Shown: positions 47,279 to 57,890, counted from the first letter of the stretch. The stretch: 64,000 nucleotides of DNA from Gemmatimonadota bacterium (GCA_046726475.1 JBKPAO010000060.1:1664-65663), one strand, 5' to 3'. Numbers and translations: made by a program. The notes: generated by a model not told the origin, from the sequence alone.

Positions 47279-47762
47279 ACTTCAGCTCGACCCCGAAGTC
47301 CTGCCCTCGTAGGAAGGCGATCACCGCCTGCAGCTCATCCCGCGAAGGAGCGGTGACCCGCACCTCATCGGCCTGGATTGCAGCCTGCACTTTCTTGAAA
47401 CCCTGATCCTTGATCGCCTTGACGATCCGCTTGGATGTGTCCTGGGGGATTCCCTGCGTCAGCTTGATCGTGCGGCGAACGCTCTGACCGGTCGCCGGCT
47501 CCAACTCGCCCAGCTGGAGGTTCTTCGTCGGCACTCCCCGTTTGATCATCTTGGTCTGGAGTACGTCCACCAGAGCGTCCATTCGAAATTCGTCGTCGGC
47601 GCTCAGCCGGATCTCGGCCTTGCCCCGGTCGAAATCCACGGTGCAGTGGGTTCCCTTGAAGTCGTATCGCTGGGCGATCTCCTTCAGGGTTTGATTCACC
47701 GCGTTGTCGACCTCCTGGAGATCGGCACCGGTCGACACGTCGAATGAGGCGTTACTGGCCAT
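47259..47762 (-). CDS. yajQ: YajQ family nucleotide (c-di-GMP)-binding protein
   Basis: It shows full-length similarity to the YajQ pattern: MASNASFDV...DLQEVDNAVNQ..KEI..RYDFKG......ELKFGNYR. Confidence 0.88.
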   Translation of the reverse strand: MASNASFDVSTGADLQEVDNAVNQTLKEIAQRYDFKGTHCTVDFDRGKAEIRLSADDEFRMDALVDVLQTKMIKRGVPTKNLQLGELEPATGQSVRRTIKLTQGIPQDTSKRIVKAIKDQGFKKVQAAIQADEVRVTAPSRDELQAVIAFLRGQDFGVELKFGNYRG

Positions 47763-47861
47763 AGAAGCGAGGCAGGCTGCAGAGATGTAAGACGCAGGAG
47801 TGGACGCCGAAGAATGACCTCACTGCCGTAGCGCGGCAAGCGGTCCTCCTGACCCGGCACC

Positions 47862-47931
47862 GTCATCCTGAGCGAAGCGAAGGATCTCTCCGCTCGCCGA
47901 GAAGGGATCCCTTCGCTTCGCTCAGGATGAC
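47862..47931. repeat. palindromic element GTCATCCTGAGCGAAGCGAAGGATC (25-bp arms, 19-nt loop)
   Basis: The left arm is 47862-47886 and the right arm GATCCCTTCGCTTCGCTCAGGATGAC is 47906-47931, with one extra C. Related fragments lie at 51264-51311, 59718-59743 and 62278-62321. Confidence 0.88.
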
Positions 47932-47948
47932 AGAAGGGCGAGGTACGC

Positions 47949-47976
47949 TTGACAGCCCCCTGGAATGGCATATAGT
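47949..47976 (+). promoter_or_regulatory. near-consensus sigma-70 promoter of the metY leader
   Basis: TTGACA (47949-54), 16 nt, then TATAGT (47971-76). Confidence 0.5.
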
Positions 47977-47983
47977 GGAATCA

Positions 47984-49653
<1,670 letters not shown>

Positions 49654-49677
49654 GGCACTGGAATCCAGCACACTCCC

Positions 49678-50205
49678 ATGGAGGTGTCGATGTCGGCCAT
49701 TGATGAACTGCTTCGAGCTAACACGGGGTACGCCAGGACGTTCGATCTCGGTGATCTGCCGACTCCGCCACGCTTGAAGCTCGCCATCGTCACCTGCATG
49801 GATTCCCGGATCCTGCCCTCCCGTGCATTCGGATTGCGGGAGGGAGACGCGCACATCATCCGGAACGCCGGCGGTCGCGCTCAGGACGCACTCCGCTCGC
49901 TGGTAATCTCTCAGCGACTTCTCGGCACCAACGAGATTGCGGTGATACACCATACCGAATGCGGCAGTCTGACTTTCTCCAATGGCGATCTCCACGCCAG
50001 GGTGAAACAGGATCTGGACGCCGATGCCAGCGATATCGACTTTCTTCCGTTCAGCGATTTGGAGGAGAGCATCCGGGAGGACGTCGCGTTCTTGCTCTCC
50101 TCCCCGCTGATCTCGCCCAACGTCGTCATTCGGGGCTTCATCTACGACGTGCACAGCGGCAGGCTCAAGGAGGTCCGCCTCGAGCCGGCCGGAGTCCGGA
50201 AGTGA
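49678..50205 (+). CDS. beta-class carbonic anhydrase
   Basis: The zinc-ligand motifs are CMDSR and HHTECG. It is similar in layout to mycobacterial CanA-type enzymes. Confidence 0.82.
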   Translation: MEVSMSAIDELLRANTGYARTFDLGDLPTPPRLKLAIVTCMDSRILPSRAFGLREGDAHIIRNAGGRAQDALRSLVISQRLLGTNEIAVIHHTECGSLTFSNGDLHARVKQDLDADASDIDFLPFSDLEESIREDVAFLLSSPLISPNVVIRGFIYDVHSGRLKEVRLEPAGVRK

Positions 50206-51239
50206 CGCTGACCGTTACGGCCGATCGTGCAGCCGGAGACTTGAAACTCGGTGAGTTCCGCACCGAGCGGGGCCAAGAAGTTCGGGGACTCCAGCTTCGC
50301 TATCGGGTGATCGGCAATGTCGAGGCTGCCGCGGCAAATGGATGGATTCTGGCGTTCCATTCCCTGACCGGCAGCGCGGACGTCGAGAGCTGGTGGGGGC
50401 CACTGGTTGGCCCCGGCCGGCCGCTCGACACCTCCAATTCCGCCATTCTGTCCGCCAATCTCCTGGGTAGTTGCTACGGCTCGAGCGGCCCGACGGAATG
50501 GAGAGCGGAGCATGAAGAGCCCTTTCCCGAGCTTACGCCGGCCGACCTCGCCCGGGCACACTGGCCACTCCTGGAGCACCTCGGCATCCAACGTATTTCC
50601 CTAGCCACCGGCGGGTCGCTCGGCGGCATGGTCGCCCTCGAGTGGGGACGGGTCGCGAGTGTTCCCACCGACCGTGTGGTAGTCTTCGCCGCTCCCGCAG
50701 CAACATCACCTCAGTCGATCGGATGGAACGCCGTGCAGCGGATGGCGATCGAATCCGATCCGGCATGGGTCGGCGGACGCTACGCGCCGGACCGGCCACC
50801 GTCCGCTGGTCTCGCCGCGGCTCGAGCGCTGGCGATGATCACCTATCGCTCCGGCGCAGAGTTTCAAGCGCGGTTCGGCCGGATCAGCTCACGAGCGAAG
50901 AACCGGTTCGACGTGGAGTCCTATCTCAGAAGGCAGGGAGACAAGTTGGTCGCCCGTTTCGACGCCGCCAGTTACGTCCAACTGATGCATAGTATGGACC
51001 TGCACGACGTCGGAGATCTCGCTGCTGCGGCCCGGGAAACTGCGAAACGGGTGGGTCGGGTGATCGGGGTGGGAATCGACTCGGATATCCTGTACTATCC
51101 CGCCGAGGTGCGCGACTGGGTCCGCGCCTACCAGCGCGCCGGCGCGAACGCGGAGTACCGGGAGATTTCCTCGCTCTACGGGCACGACGCGTTTTTGATC
51201 GAGTGGGATCAGGTGGAGGAGATCTTAAGAGGGTCCTGA
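50202..51239 (+). CDS. metX: homoserine O-acetyltransferase
   Basis: ...AFHSLTGSADVESWWGPLVGPGRPLDT...LLGSCYGSSGP...GGSLGGM is the alpha/beta hydrolase nucleophile elbow. GTG 50202 overlaps the upstream stop (GTGA). Confidence 0.9.
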   Translation: MTLTVTADRAAGDLKLGEFRTERGQEVRGLQLRYRVIGNVEAAAANGWILAFHSLTGSADVESWWGPLVGPGRPLDTSNSAILSANLLGSCYGSSGPTEWRAEHEEPFPELTPADLARAHWPLLEHLGIQRISLATGGSLGGMVALEWGRVASVPTDRVVVFAAPAATSPQSIGWNAVQRMAIESDPAWVGGRYAPDRPPSAGLAAARALAMITYRSGAEFQARFGRISSRAKNRFDVESYLRRQGDKLVARFDAASYVQLMHSMDLHDVGDLAAAARETAKRVGRVIGVGIDSDILYYPAEVRDWVRAYQRAGANAEYREISSLYGHDAFLIEWDQVEEILRGS

Positions 51240-51263
51240 GGAGCAAGCCACTCTGTACAGCGC

Positions 51264-51311
51264 TGTCATCCTTCGCTGCGCTCAGGATGACATGCTTCGC
51301 CCAGGATGACA
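51264..51311. repeat. short GTCATCCT...AGGATGAC hairpin plus an extra AGGATGACA copy (candidate bidirectional terminator)
   Basis: TGTCATCCT (51264-72), an 11-nt loop, then AGGATGACA (51284-92). A second AGGATGACA lies at 51303-11. The element sits between convergent metX and the sigma-factor gene. Confidence 0.6.
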
Positions 51312-51345
51312 GGCTCTGTGGGAAGGCCGTACTTAGAAGGCGTAC

Positions 51346-52215
51346 TTAAATGAGGAAGCTCTCCAGCGCCCGAGCCCGACTCACATGCCGGAGCCGGCTC
51401 AGCGCCTTTTCCTTGATCTGCCGTACCCGCTCCCTCGTGATCCCCAGCAGACTTCCAATCTCCTCCAACGTCATCGGCTCCGGGCCATCCAGCCCGAAGT
51501 AAAGCCGGAGAATTTTGGCCTCCCGCTCCTTCAGCGTGGAGAGGACTTCCTCGATCGACTCGGTGAGCGCGTGCTCGAAGGTCTCGGAATCGGGTCCGGG
51601 GTTCTGCGTGTCGGGGAGGTAGTCGAGCAGCTTGTTGTCTTCGCCGGGAGTGAGCGGCGCATCCAGGGAGAGATGGTTCTGGGAGATCGAGAGGGTCTTC
51701 TGGACCTCTTCCATCGAGATGTCCATTCCCTCGGCGATCTCGGACGGGGTGGGCTCCCGGCCCAGCTCCTGGAGCAGCGCGGACGACCGCTTGCCGATCC
51801 GGTGCAGCGTGCCGGCGCGGTTAAGCGGTACCCGGACGATCCGGCTCTGCTCGGCGAGTGCCTGAAGGATCGCCTGGCGAATCCACCACACCGCGTAAGA
51901 GATGAACTTGATCCCTTTGGTCTCGTCGAATTTGTGGGCCGCGCGGATCAGACCGAGGTTACCCTCGTTGATGAGGTCCGCGAGCGAGACACCCTGATTC
52001 TGATATTTCTTGGCGACCGAAACGACGAATCGCAGATTACTGCGGACCAGCTTGTCCAGCGCCTCTCCGTCTCCCACCCGGATCCGCTGCGCCAGACTGA
52101 CCTCTTCCTCCTGCGGTATCAGCGGGTATTTGCTGATCTCCCGCAAATACTGGTCAAGCGAGCCTTCGTCGAACGAGGGAGCTCGCTTGCCGGATCCAAC
52201 TTGCATAGGGCGCAT
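51346..52215 (-). CDS. RNA polymerase sigma-70 family factor, RpoD/SigA-like (short form lacking region 1.1)
   Basis: It has regions 2-4: ...RFVVSVAKKYQNQGVSLADLINEGNLGLIRAAHKFD...YAVWWIRQAI...TLEEIGSLLGITRERVRQIKEKAL.... ATG 52215 has a GGGAG/AGG upstream. The longer ORF-track N-terminus is repeat-encoded. Confidence 0.85.
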   Translation of the reverse strand: MRPMQVGSGKRAPSFDEGSLDQYLREISKYPLIPQEEEVSLAQRIRVGDGEALDKLVRSNLRFVVSVAKKYQNQGVSLADLINEGNLGLIRAAHKFDETKGIKFISYAVWWIRQAILQALAEQSRIVRVPLNRAGTLHRIGKRSSALLQELGREPTPSEIAEGMDISMEEVQKTLSISQNHLSLDAPLTPGEDNKLLDYLPDTQNPGPDSETFEHALTESIEEVLSTLKEREAKILRLYFGLDGPEPMTLEEIGSLLGITRERVRQIKEKALSRLRHVSRARALESFLI

Positions 52216-52253
52216 GTGGGGAACCTTACTCCCGGTTTGCATGAGGCGCAATG

Positions 52254-52397
52254 GAGGTTCGAGTCGAGAGTCGCGAGTCGAGAGTCGCGAGACCCGTTGC
52301 GTGACTACCGTCACGTGAAAGGCTTGACCCTCGACACCAACCTGCTCTCAAAAACTCGTGACTCATGACTCGTGACTCTCGACTTTCGACTCGACTA
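52254..52397. repeat. mirror array, heptamer GAGTCGM / KCGACTC
   Basis: (GAGGTTC) GAGTCGA GAGTCGC GAGTCGA GAGTCGC GAGACCC (52254-52295), a 58-nt spacer, then ACTCGTG ACTCATG ACTCGTG ACTCTCG ACTTTCG ACTCGAC TAG (52354-52397). The ALDH TAG stop (52395-97) lies inside the last unit. Confidence 0.88.
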
Positions 52398-53942
52398 GAC
52401 ATCATACGTATCGATCTGCGCCCGCTGGAGCTTGCCGGAATAATCCACGTAGCAGACCTTGGTCTCGGAGTAAAACTCGTACACTTCCCAGCCACCCTCA
52501 CGGTGCCCGTTGCCGGTGGCCTTGACCCCGCCGAACGGGAGGTGCGCCTCTGCCCCGATGGTGGGCGCGTTGATGTAGGTGATTCCGTTGTCCAGCTCCT
52601 GCATCGCGCGGAACGCCAGATCCACATTCCGGGTGTAGAGCGAGCTCGAAAGCCCGTAGCGAACGTCGTTGTTGACCCGGACCGCCTCGTCGAAGGATCC
52701 GACCCGGACCACGCTCAGCACCGGGCCGAAGATCTCCTCCTGCTCCAGCCGCGACCTCGGCTTGACGCCGGTGAACACGGTGGGGCGGTAGAAATAACCC
52801 TTCTCGAGCGGGCCGCCGGATGGCCGCTCCCCCCCGATCACCAGTTCCGCACCTTCACTCCGCCCGACCTCGACGTAGCGCTCGACCTTCTGCCGTGACG
52901 CTTCATGGATCAGCGGTCCGACATCGGTCTTGTCCTGCCGGCCATCACCCAATCTCAGGCGCCCTGCCGCCTCAGCGAGCCGCCGCACGAAGCCGTCGTG
53001 CACCTTGTCGTGGACGATCAAGCGGCTGGTCGCGGTACAGCGCTGCCCCGTGGTGCCAAAGGCGCCCCAGAGCACTCCCTCGAGGGCGAGATCGAGGTCG
53101 GCATCGTCCATCACGATCATGGCATTCTTGCCGCCCATCTCCAGCGAGAGCCGCTTGTGCATCCGGCCGCAGGTCTCCCCGATGATCGAGCCGGTCTCGG
53201 TAGAACCGGTAAACGAGATCACCGGCACCTCCGGATGTTCGACCAGCGCCTTGCCCACCGTCTCTCCCCGCCCGTGGACCAACTGGATGACCTCGGGCGG
53301 GAGACCGGCCTCGAGCAGGATCTCCACCAGAAGATGAACCGTGTGGGGGACATCTTCCGAGGGCTTGATGATCACCGAGTTTCCGCAGACCAATGCCGGA
53401 AACATCTTCCAGGTGGGAATCGCTAGCGGGAAATTGAACGGGGTGATCAGACCCACGACGCCGATCGGCCGCCGGTAGCTCATCGCCCATTTGGAGCGCA
53501 GCTCTGACGGAACGACATGGCCGAAGAGCCGGCGCCCCTCGGTCGCGGCATAGTACGCGGTATCGATGCCCTCCTGGACATCGCCTCTCGTCTCCGCCAG
53601 CACCTTTCCCATCTCCCGAGTCATGGCGTTGGCGATCGCCTCCTTCCGCTCGACCAGCAGGTCACCCACTCGGCGCAGCACGTCGCCCCGCGCGGGCGCC
53701 GGCGTCCGACTCCAGAGGGCAAACCCCCGCTTGGCCGACTTGACTGCGGCATCGACATCGCGCTGATCCGAGTCGGGGAATCGTCCGATCAAATCGTCAG
53801 GCTGGGCCGGGTTCCGGTTGTCGAAGTAGGCGCCGTTCGCCGGCTCCGACCAGAGGCCGGCAACGAAGTTCTTGAAGGTCTGAGTCCTGGTCGCTTGGGC
53901 GATCCGTGGCTCACGAAGCTTCGAGGTCTTTGGCATAGTCAT
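52395..53942 (-). CDS. aldehyde dehydrogenase family protein
   Basis: ...LEMGGKNAMIV... and the catalytic Cys in ...GQRCTATSRL... are present. The start is ATG 53942 (MTMPKTSK...). Confidence 0.85.
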   Translation of the reverse strand: MTMPKTSKLREPRIAQATRTQTFKNFVAGLWSEPANGAYFDNRNPAQPDDLIGRFPDSDQRDVDAAVKSAKRGFALWSRTPAPARGDVLRRVGDLLVERKEAIANAMTREMGKVLAETRGDVQEGIDTAYYAATEGRRLFGHVVPSELRSKWAMSYRRPIGVVGLITPFNFPLAIPTWKMFPALVCGNSVIIKPSEDVPHTVHLLVEILLEAGLPPEVIQLVHGRGETVGKALVEHPEVPVISFTGSTETGSIIGETCGRMHKRLSLEMGGKNAMIVMDDADLDLALEGVLWGAFGTTGQRCTATSRLIVHDKVHDGFVRRLAEAAGRLRLGDGRQDKTDVGPLIHEASRQKVERYVEVGRSEGAELVIGGERPSGGPLEKGYFYRPTVFTGVKPRSRLEQEEIFGPVLSVVRVGSFDEAVRVNNDVRYGLSSSLYTRNVDLAFRAMQELDNGITYINAPTIGAEAHLPFGGVKATGNGHREGGWEVYEFYSETKVCYVDYSGKLQRAQIDTYDV

Positions 53943-53947
53943 TCGAT

Positions 53948-54403
53948 TTACTGCCCTGAAGGCGGTGCGGGGTTGGCGGCCGGAGGCGGCGCTGGGCAGG
54001 TCCATTCACGCGCTTCCTTGGCGTAACCGGTGCGTGGCAGAATTTCCCGCGCAGCCATCACGCCGGCCGATACGATCACCAGCAGCGAAAGCAGCAGCGC
54101 TACCCCTTGGCGGTGAGTCCAGCTGGCAAAGGCGCCGAGCACGGCCATGATCCCTGCAAGAAGGGCCGCACCAAGGAAAAAGATCAGCCGGATGCCGCAA
54201 TTCTTATCGTACGGCCAGAGCAGGAGCGCGATCCCGAGCACGATCGCGAGCACCGTCCAGAACCAGGCCAGTGCGATGAACCGTCGGCGCGGCACCGGTT
54301 GGGCTACCGGGACAGTCGCCCCAGCTGGCACTCCCGGCTGCTTCCCCATGGCCCGGTCGATATTGGCGAGCTCCTTGTCCCAGTCTCTCGGCTGCTCAGT
54401 CAT
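53948..54403 (-). CDS. hypothetical membrane protein (4 predicted TM helices)
   Basis: ATG 54403 ([21 protein letters not shown]...) overlaps the upstream stop by 8 nt. The core is hydrophobic and no family was recognised. Confidence 0.5.
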   Translation of the reverse strand: MTEQPRDWDKELANIDRAMGKQPGVPAGATVPVAQPVPRRRFIALAWFWTVLAIVLGIALLLWPYDKNCGIRLIFFLGAALLAGIMAVLGAFASWTHRQGVALLLSLLVIVSAGVMAAREILPRTGYAKEAREWTCPAPPPAANPAPPSGQ

Positions 54404-55760
54404 TCGATCTCCCGGGTGGGGTAATGCCAAAGCGCTCGATCTTCTTGTACAGGTTGGACCGCGGCATCTTCAACGCCTTCGCGGTCTCGGTCACGTTCCA
54501 ATCGTTCTCCACCAGGCGCTGCACCAGAAACTTCTTCTCCGTCTCCTCCCGGAACTTCTCGTAGCTTTGACCGTCCCGCGCACCCGACACTCCAGCGCCG
54601 TTGGGCAACAGCTGCTCGATATCTTTGGCATTGACAACCTTGCCCGATGCCAAAATCAACGCTCGCTCCACTGCGTTCCTGAGCTCGCGCACGTTGCCGG
54701 GCCAGGAGCGGCTCTGGAGCTGGCGGATTGCGTCAGCCGAAAACTTCTTTCCCGGGATACCGGCGCCAGCGGACAACTGCTCCACAAAATGGGCGACCAG
54801 CGCCGGAATGTCCTGGCTGCGCTCGCGGAGTGTGGGTACGTGGATCGGCACCACGTTCAGCCGGTAGAGCAAGTCCTCCCGGAACCGGCCCGCCGCGATC
54901 TCCTGGTCCAGCTGCTTGTTGGTAGCCGCGAGCACTCGCACATCCACCTGAATCGCCTTGGCTCCGCCGATCCGGGTGACCACGCCCTCCTGCAGCACGC
55001 GCAACAGCTTGGCCTGTGCCGGGAGCGACATGTCTCCCACTTCGTCAAGGAAGAGGGTGCCTCCATCGGCCTGCTCGAACTTCCCTGCCCGGTCGGCGAC
55101 GGCCCCGGTGAACGATCCCTTCATGTGACCGAACAGCTCGCTCTCGATCAGCTCCGAAGGGATCGCGGCGCAGTTAACCTCGACGAACGGCCGCTCCCGG
55201 CGGGGTGAGGCCTCGTGCAGCCCCCGAGCGACCAGCTCCTTCCCGGTGCCGTTCTCACCGGTGATGAGCACGCGGGCGGAAGTGGGACCCACCTTGGCGA
55301 TCAGCTGCCGGACCTCCTCGAGTGAGGCGCTGCTTCCCACCATCGCGAACCGGCTCTCGGTCGCTTCCTTGAGCCGGGAGTTCTCGTCCACCAGTTCGGC
55401 ATGCGCCAGCGCGTTCCGCACCGTGACCAGTAAGCGGTCGGTGTCGAGCGGCTTCTCCAGAAAATCGAACGCTCCCCGCTGAGTGGCTTCCACTGCGGTC
55501 GCGATGGTCCCATGGCCCGATATCATCACCACCTGTGCCCTCGGATCGAGCTTTCGGATTCGCGTGAGAGTGTCCAGTCCATCGAGCCCGGCCATCTTCA
55601 CGTCCAGAAATACCAGGTGCGGGCGGAACTCGGGATAAACCGTGATCGCCTCGCCACCGGTAGCAGCGACTTTGACCGTCAGGTGTTCATACTCCAGCAC
55701 CTGCTTCAGCGCCTGACGGATTCCCGCCTCGTCGTCGACGATCAGAATGCGATGACTCAT
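54396..55760 (-). CDS. sigma-54-dependent Fis-family response regulator (NtrC-like)
   Basis: It has a receiver (ILIVDDE...[11 protein letters not shown]) and an AAA+ domain ([17 protein letters not shown], ...GSFTGA..., ...[11 protein letters not shown]...). A C-terminal Fis HTH is also present. Confidence 0.9.
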   Translation of the reverse strand: MSHRILIVDDEAGIRQALKQVLEYEHLTVKVAATGGEAITVYPEFRPHLVFLDVKMAGLDGLDTLTRIRKLDPRAQVVMISGHGTIATAVEATQRGAFDFLEKPLDTDRLLVTVRNALAHAELVDENSRLKEATESRFAMVGSSASLEEVRQLIAKVGPTSARVLITGENGTGKELVARGLHEASPRRERPFVEVNCAAIPSELIESELFGHMKGSFTGAVADRAGKFEQADGGTLFLDEVGDMSLPAQAKLLRVLQEGVVTRIGGAKAIQVDVRVLAATNKQLDQEIAAGRFREDLLYRLNVVPIHVPTLRERSQDIPALVAHFVEQLSAGAGIPGKKFSADAIRQLQSRSWPGNVRELRNAVERALILASGKVVNAKDIEQLLPNGAGVSGARDGQSYEKFREETEKKFLVQRLVENDWNVTETAKALKMPRSNLYKKIERFGITPPGRSND

Positions 55761-56404
55761 GCTCGGGGCGTTCCGATGAGGGTGGCCCCGCCGGGACGAA
55801 TCCGGATCTCCCGTATCCCTGCTGGGATCTTCACCGGCACTGTCTTCTTGTTAGGATCGCCCAACGCCTTCGCGACCAGCTTCGGTACCGCGTCGCGCGG
55901 AAGCGGAAAGTTGCGCACCCGAAAGCTCCGCAGAGCCCACTCCGCCCGCCTGGGACCCACGACTTCGATCGGTCCGGCTGCTTCGATCGGCTCGGTCGGC
56001 CGGAGCGCGACGGAGAGAGGACCGATCAGCTCACGCGGAAGCCGTGCGGTGGCGAGCCGGGCCTTCACCGCGATCGAGCCATCCAGCAGCTCGACCTGGA
56101 GCGAGTCGAGCTGGCTCCGGAGACTGGGGTCGAGCCCGGCCCCGATCATCGAAGCAACCTCGGATGCCGTGAGCACCACCGAATCTGCTCTCCATCCGTT
56201 CAGCGAATCGACCTTCGCCCGAGCGGAGAGGAGGGCTTGCGAACCGGGCCGGCCGCCGGTCGGCGCCACCTCCCTGCCGGTGATGGAGCCGAGTACTTGA
56301 TGCGCCTGCTCCGCAAGACGATCCCGGTAGAGCCAGCCTATCGCCAGAGCGGCGAGCAGTCCGAGAAATCCGGCAAACTTGAACGGCGCGGTAAGACAGC
56401 CCAT
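55757..56404 (-). CDS. hypothetical membrane-anchored protein
   Basis: It has a single N-terminal TM helix (FAGFLGLLAALAIGWLY). Its start and stop are translationally coupled to both neighbours. No family was recognised. Confidence 0.5.
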   Translation of the reverse strand: MGCLTAPFKFAGFLGLLAALAIGWLYRDRLAEQAHQVLGSITGREVAPTGGRPGSQALLSARAKVDSLNGWRADSVVLTASEVASMIGAGLDPSLRSQLDSLQVELLDGSIAVKARLATARLPRELIGPLSVALRPTEPIEAAGPIEVVGPRRAEWALRSFRVRNFPLPRDAVPKLVAKALGDPNKKTVPVKIPAGIREIRIRPGGATLIGTPRA

Positions 56405-56958
56405 TACTGCCTCAGGTCCAGAGTGAGCCGCGACTCGTAGTGGGGTCCCTTCGTGGTCAACGTGCTCTCGTACAGCACCAGCTCCTCCGCCACGAACTGC
56501 ACCGGCTCGAACCCTTCCGCATGATCGTCCAGTCCGCGCGACGGGAGTCGTTGACCCTCCCGCACGCGACCCAGAGTAACATGAGGTTGGAACGGAGCAC
56601 CTTCGGGAGGAAAGCCGATCGCCTCGCAGCCGCGCTCGATCCGATCCTGCAAGAGCTCCAGCGCCGAGGGCGCTTCGATGCCGACCCAGAGGACCTTGGG
56701 ACGCGACCGGCTGGGAAACGCTCCCAGCTCACCCAGTCGGAGGGCAAATGGGCCCGCACCCTCAGCGGCAAAGCGAAGCGCTTCGACGATCACCTCGAGC
56801 CGTTCGGGCGCGACCTCGCCGAAGAACTTGAGTGTCATGTGCAACCCTTCATCATGCACCCAGCGTACCGGCCAGCCGCCGTCTCGCAATTGGCCCAGCA
56901 ATCTCAGGATCTGCCCTCGAGCAGGATCCGGTATGGGGACGGCAACGAAGAGCCGCAT
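56404..56958 (-). CDS. thpR: RNA 2',3'-cyclic phosphodiesterase (2H phosphoesterase, ThpR/LigT)
   Basis: It has two H-x-T motifs, HMTLKF and HVTLGR. Confidence 0.85.
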   Translation of the reverse strand: MRLFVAVPIPDPARGQILRLLGQLRDGGWPVRWVHDEGLHMTLKFFGEVAPERLEVIVEALRFAAEGAGPFALRLGELGAFPSRSRPKVLWVGIEAPSALELLQDRIERGCEAIGFPPEGAPFQPHVTLGRVREGQRLPSRGLDDHAEGFEPVQFVAEELVLYESTLTTKGPHYESRLTLDLRQ

Positions 56959-57767
56959 CAGTCCCGCGCGAGCGGCGCGATCGCGAGCAGACCGCCTCTA
57001 CGGTAGCCGGCGGGGTCCAGCTCGACCTGGTCGAAACCAAAGCTGCCGAAAGCGGCATCGATCGAGCTCCAGTTAGCCCGCAGCCGATCCATCTGCTCGG
57101 GGGCTACCTCCAACCGGGCCTTGGCTCCGTAGTGCCGCACCCGGAGGTCTCCTGTGACTCCGAGCTGCCGCAGAAACGCCTCTCCCTGCTCTACTTGCCT
57201 AAGCCGCTCTGAAGTAATCTCTAGCCCGTAGAGCACCCGGCTGGAAAGGCACGGCGCGGCCGGAGCGTCCCAGGTCGGAAGCCTCAGCTTGCGGGCGGCG
57301 GCACGGACCTGGGACTTGCTCCACCCCAGCTCCGCAAGCGGCGAGCGGACCCCGTATTCCTTTATAGCGCGAAGACCGGGCCGGTGGTCGCCCAGGTCGT
57401 CGGCATTGGTTCCATCCATGATTACGTCGTACCCACCTTCTTGCGCGACCGCTCTCAAACGGCGCCACAGCTCCGACTTGCAGAAGTAGCATCGCTCGGT
57501 CGTGTTCTCGAGGTAGCGGGGGTCGTTCAGCTCCTGGGTGTCGACCTCGAGCAACGGAATGTGGAACTGTTGGGCGAGCCGGACTGCGTTTTCGGCCTGG
57601 ACTGCAGGATACGACGCGCTTCGTCCCATGACGGCGAGGAAGCACTCCGGCCCGAGAGCTCTCGTCGCCGCAACCGCCAGAAGAGCGGAATCGACGCCAC
57701 CGGAGTAGCCGAGCACGGCACTGCCGAGGGAGTGGAGCTGGACGTAGAGGTTTTCGAGGTCGGGCAT
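56958..57767 (-). CDS. larE: PP-loop ATP-utilising enzyme, LarE-like sulfur transferase family (TIGR00268-type)
   Basis: It has the PP-loop YSGGVDSALLA and ...ERCYFCKSEL.... ATG 57767 is the start (MPDLENLY...). The assignment to LarE function itself is by family only. Confidence 0.72.
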   Translation of the reverse strand: MPDLENLYVQLHSLGSAVLGYSGGVDSALLAVAATRALGPECFLAVMGRSASYPAVQAENAVRLAQQFHIPLLEVDTQELNDPRYLENTTERCYFCKSELWRRLRAVAQEGGYDVIMDGTNADDLGDHRPGLRAIKEYGVRSPLAELGWSKSQVRAAARKLRLPTWDAPAAPCLSSRVLYGLEITSERLRQVEQGEAFLRQLGVTGDLRVRHYGAKARLEVAPEQMDRLRANWSSIDAAFGSFGFDQVELDPAGYRRGGLLAIAPLARD

Positions 57768-57778
57768 GGGGGAAACGT

Positions 57779-57878
57779 AAGCGGAAAGGCGGTAAGGCGG
57801 TAAGGCGGAACGTGTCCCCACGTTCCGTCGTTCCCCACGTTCCGCCGTTCCCCACGTTCCGCCGTTCCGTCGTTCCGC
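57779..57878. repeat. mirror array, octamers AGGCGGWA vs CGTTCCGY (8-9 nt) around a central GGAACGTG/CACGTTCC hairpin
   Basis: AAGCGGAA AGGCGGTA AGGCGGTA AGGCGGAA (57779-57810). The central palindrome is 57807-57826. Seven CGTTCC-type units follow (57821-57878), including a 17-nt repeat CGTTCCCCACGTTCCGC x2. Confidence 0.85.
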
Positions 57879-57890
57879 CTAACTTCCCCC

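Noticed and set aside
52216-52314. N-terminal extensions in the ORF track that run into repeats or neighbouring genes. These are the sigma factor to 52314, the kinase to 62301, DUF4105 to 44942, the PKD gene to 17090, GT4 to 13384, trxA to 2040 and prs from 17143.
   Set aside because: The extensions translate repeat units or overlap upstream genes. Internal starts give family-typical N-termini, often with an SD sequence.
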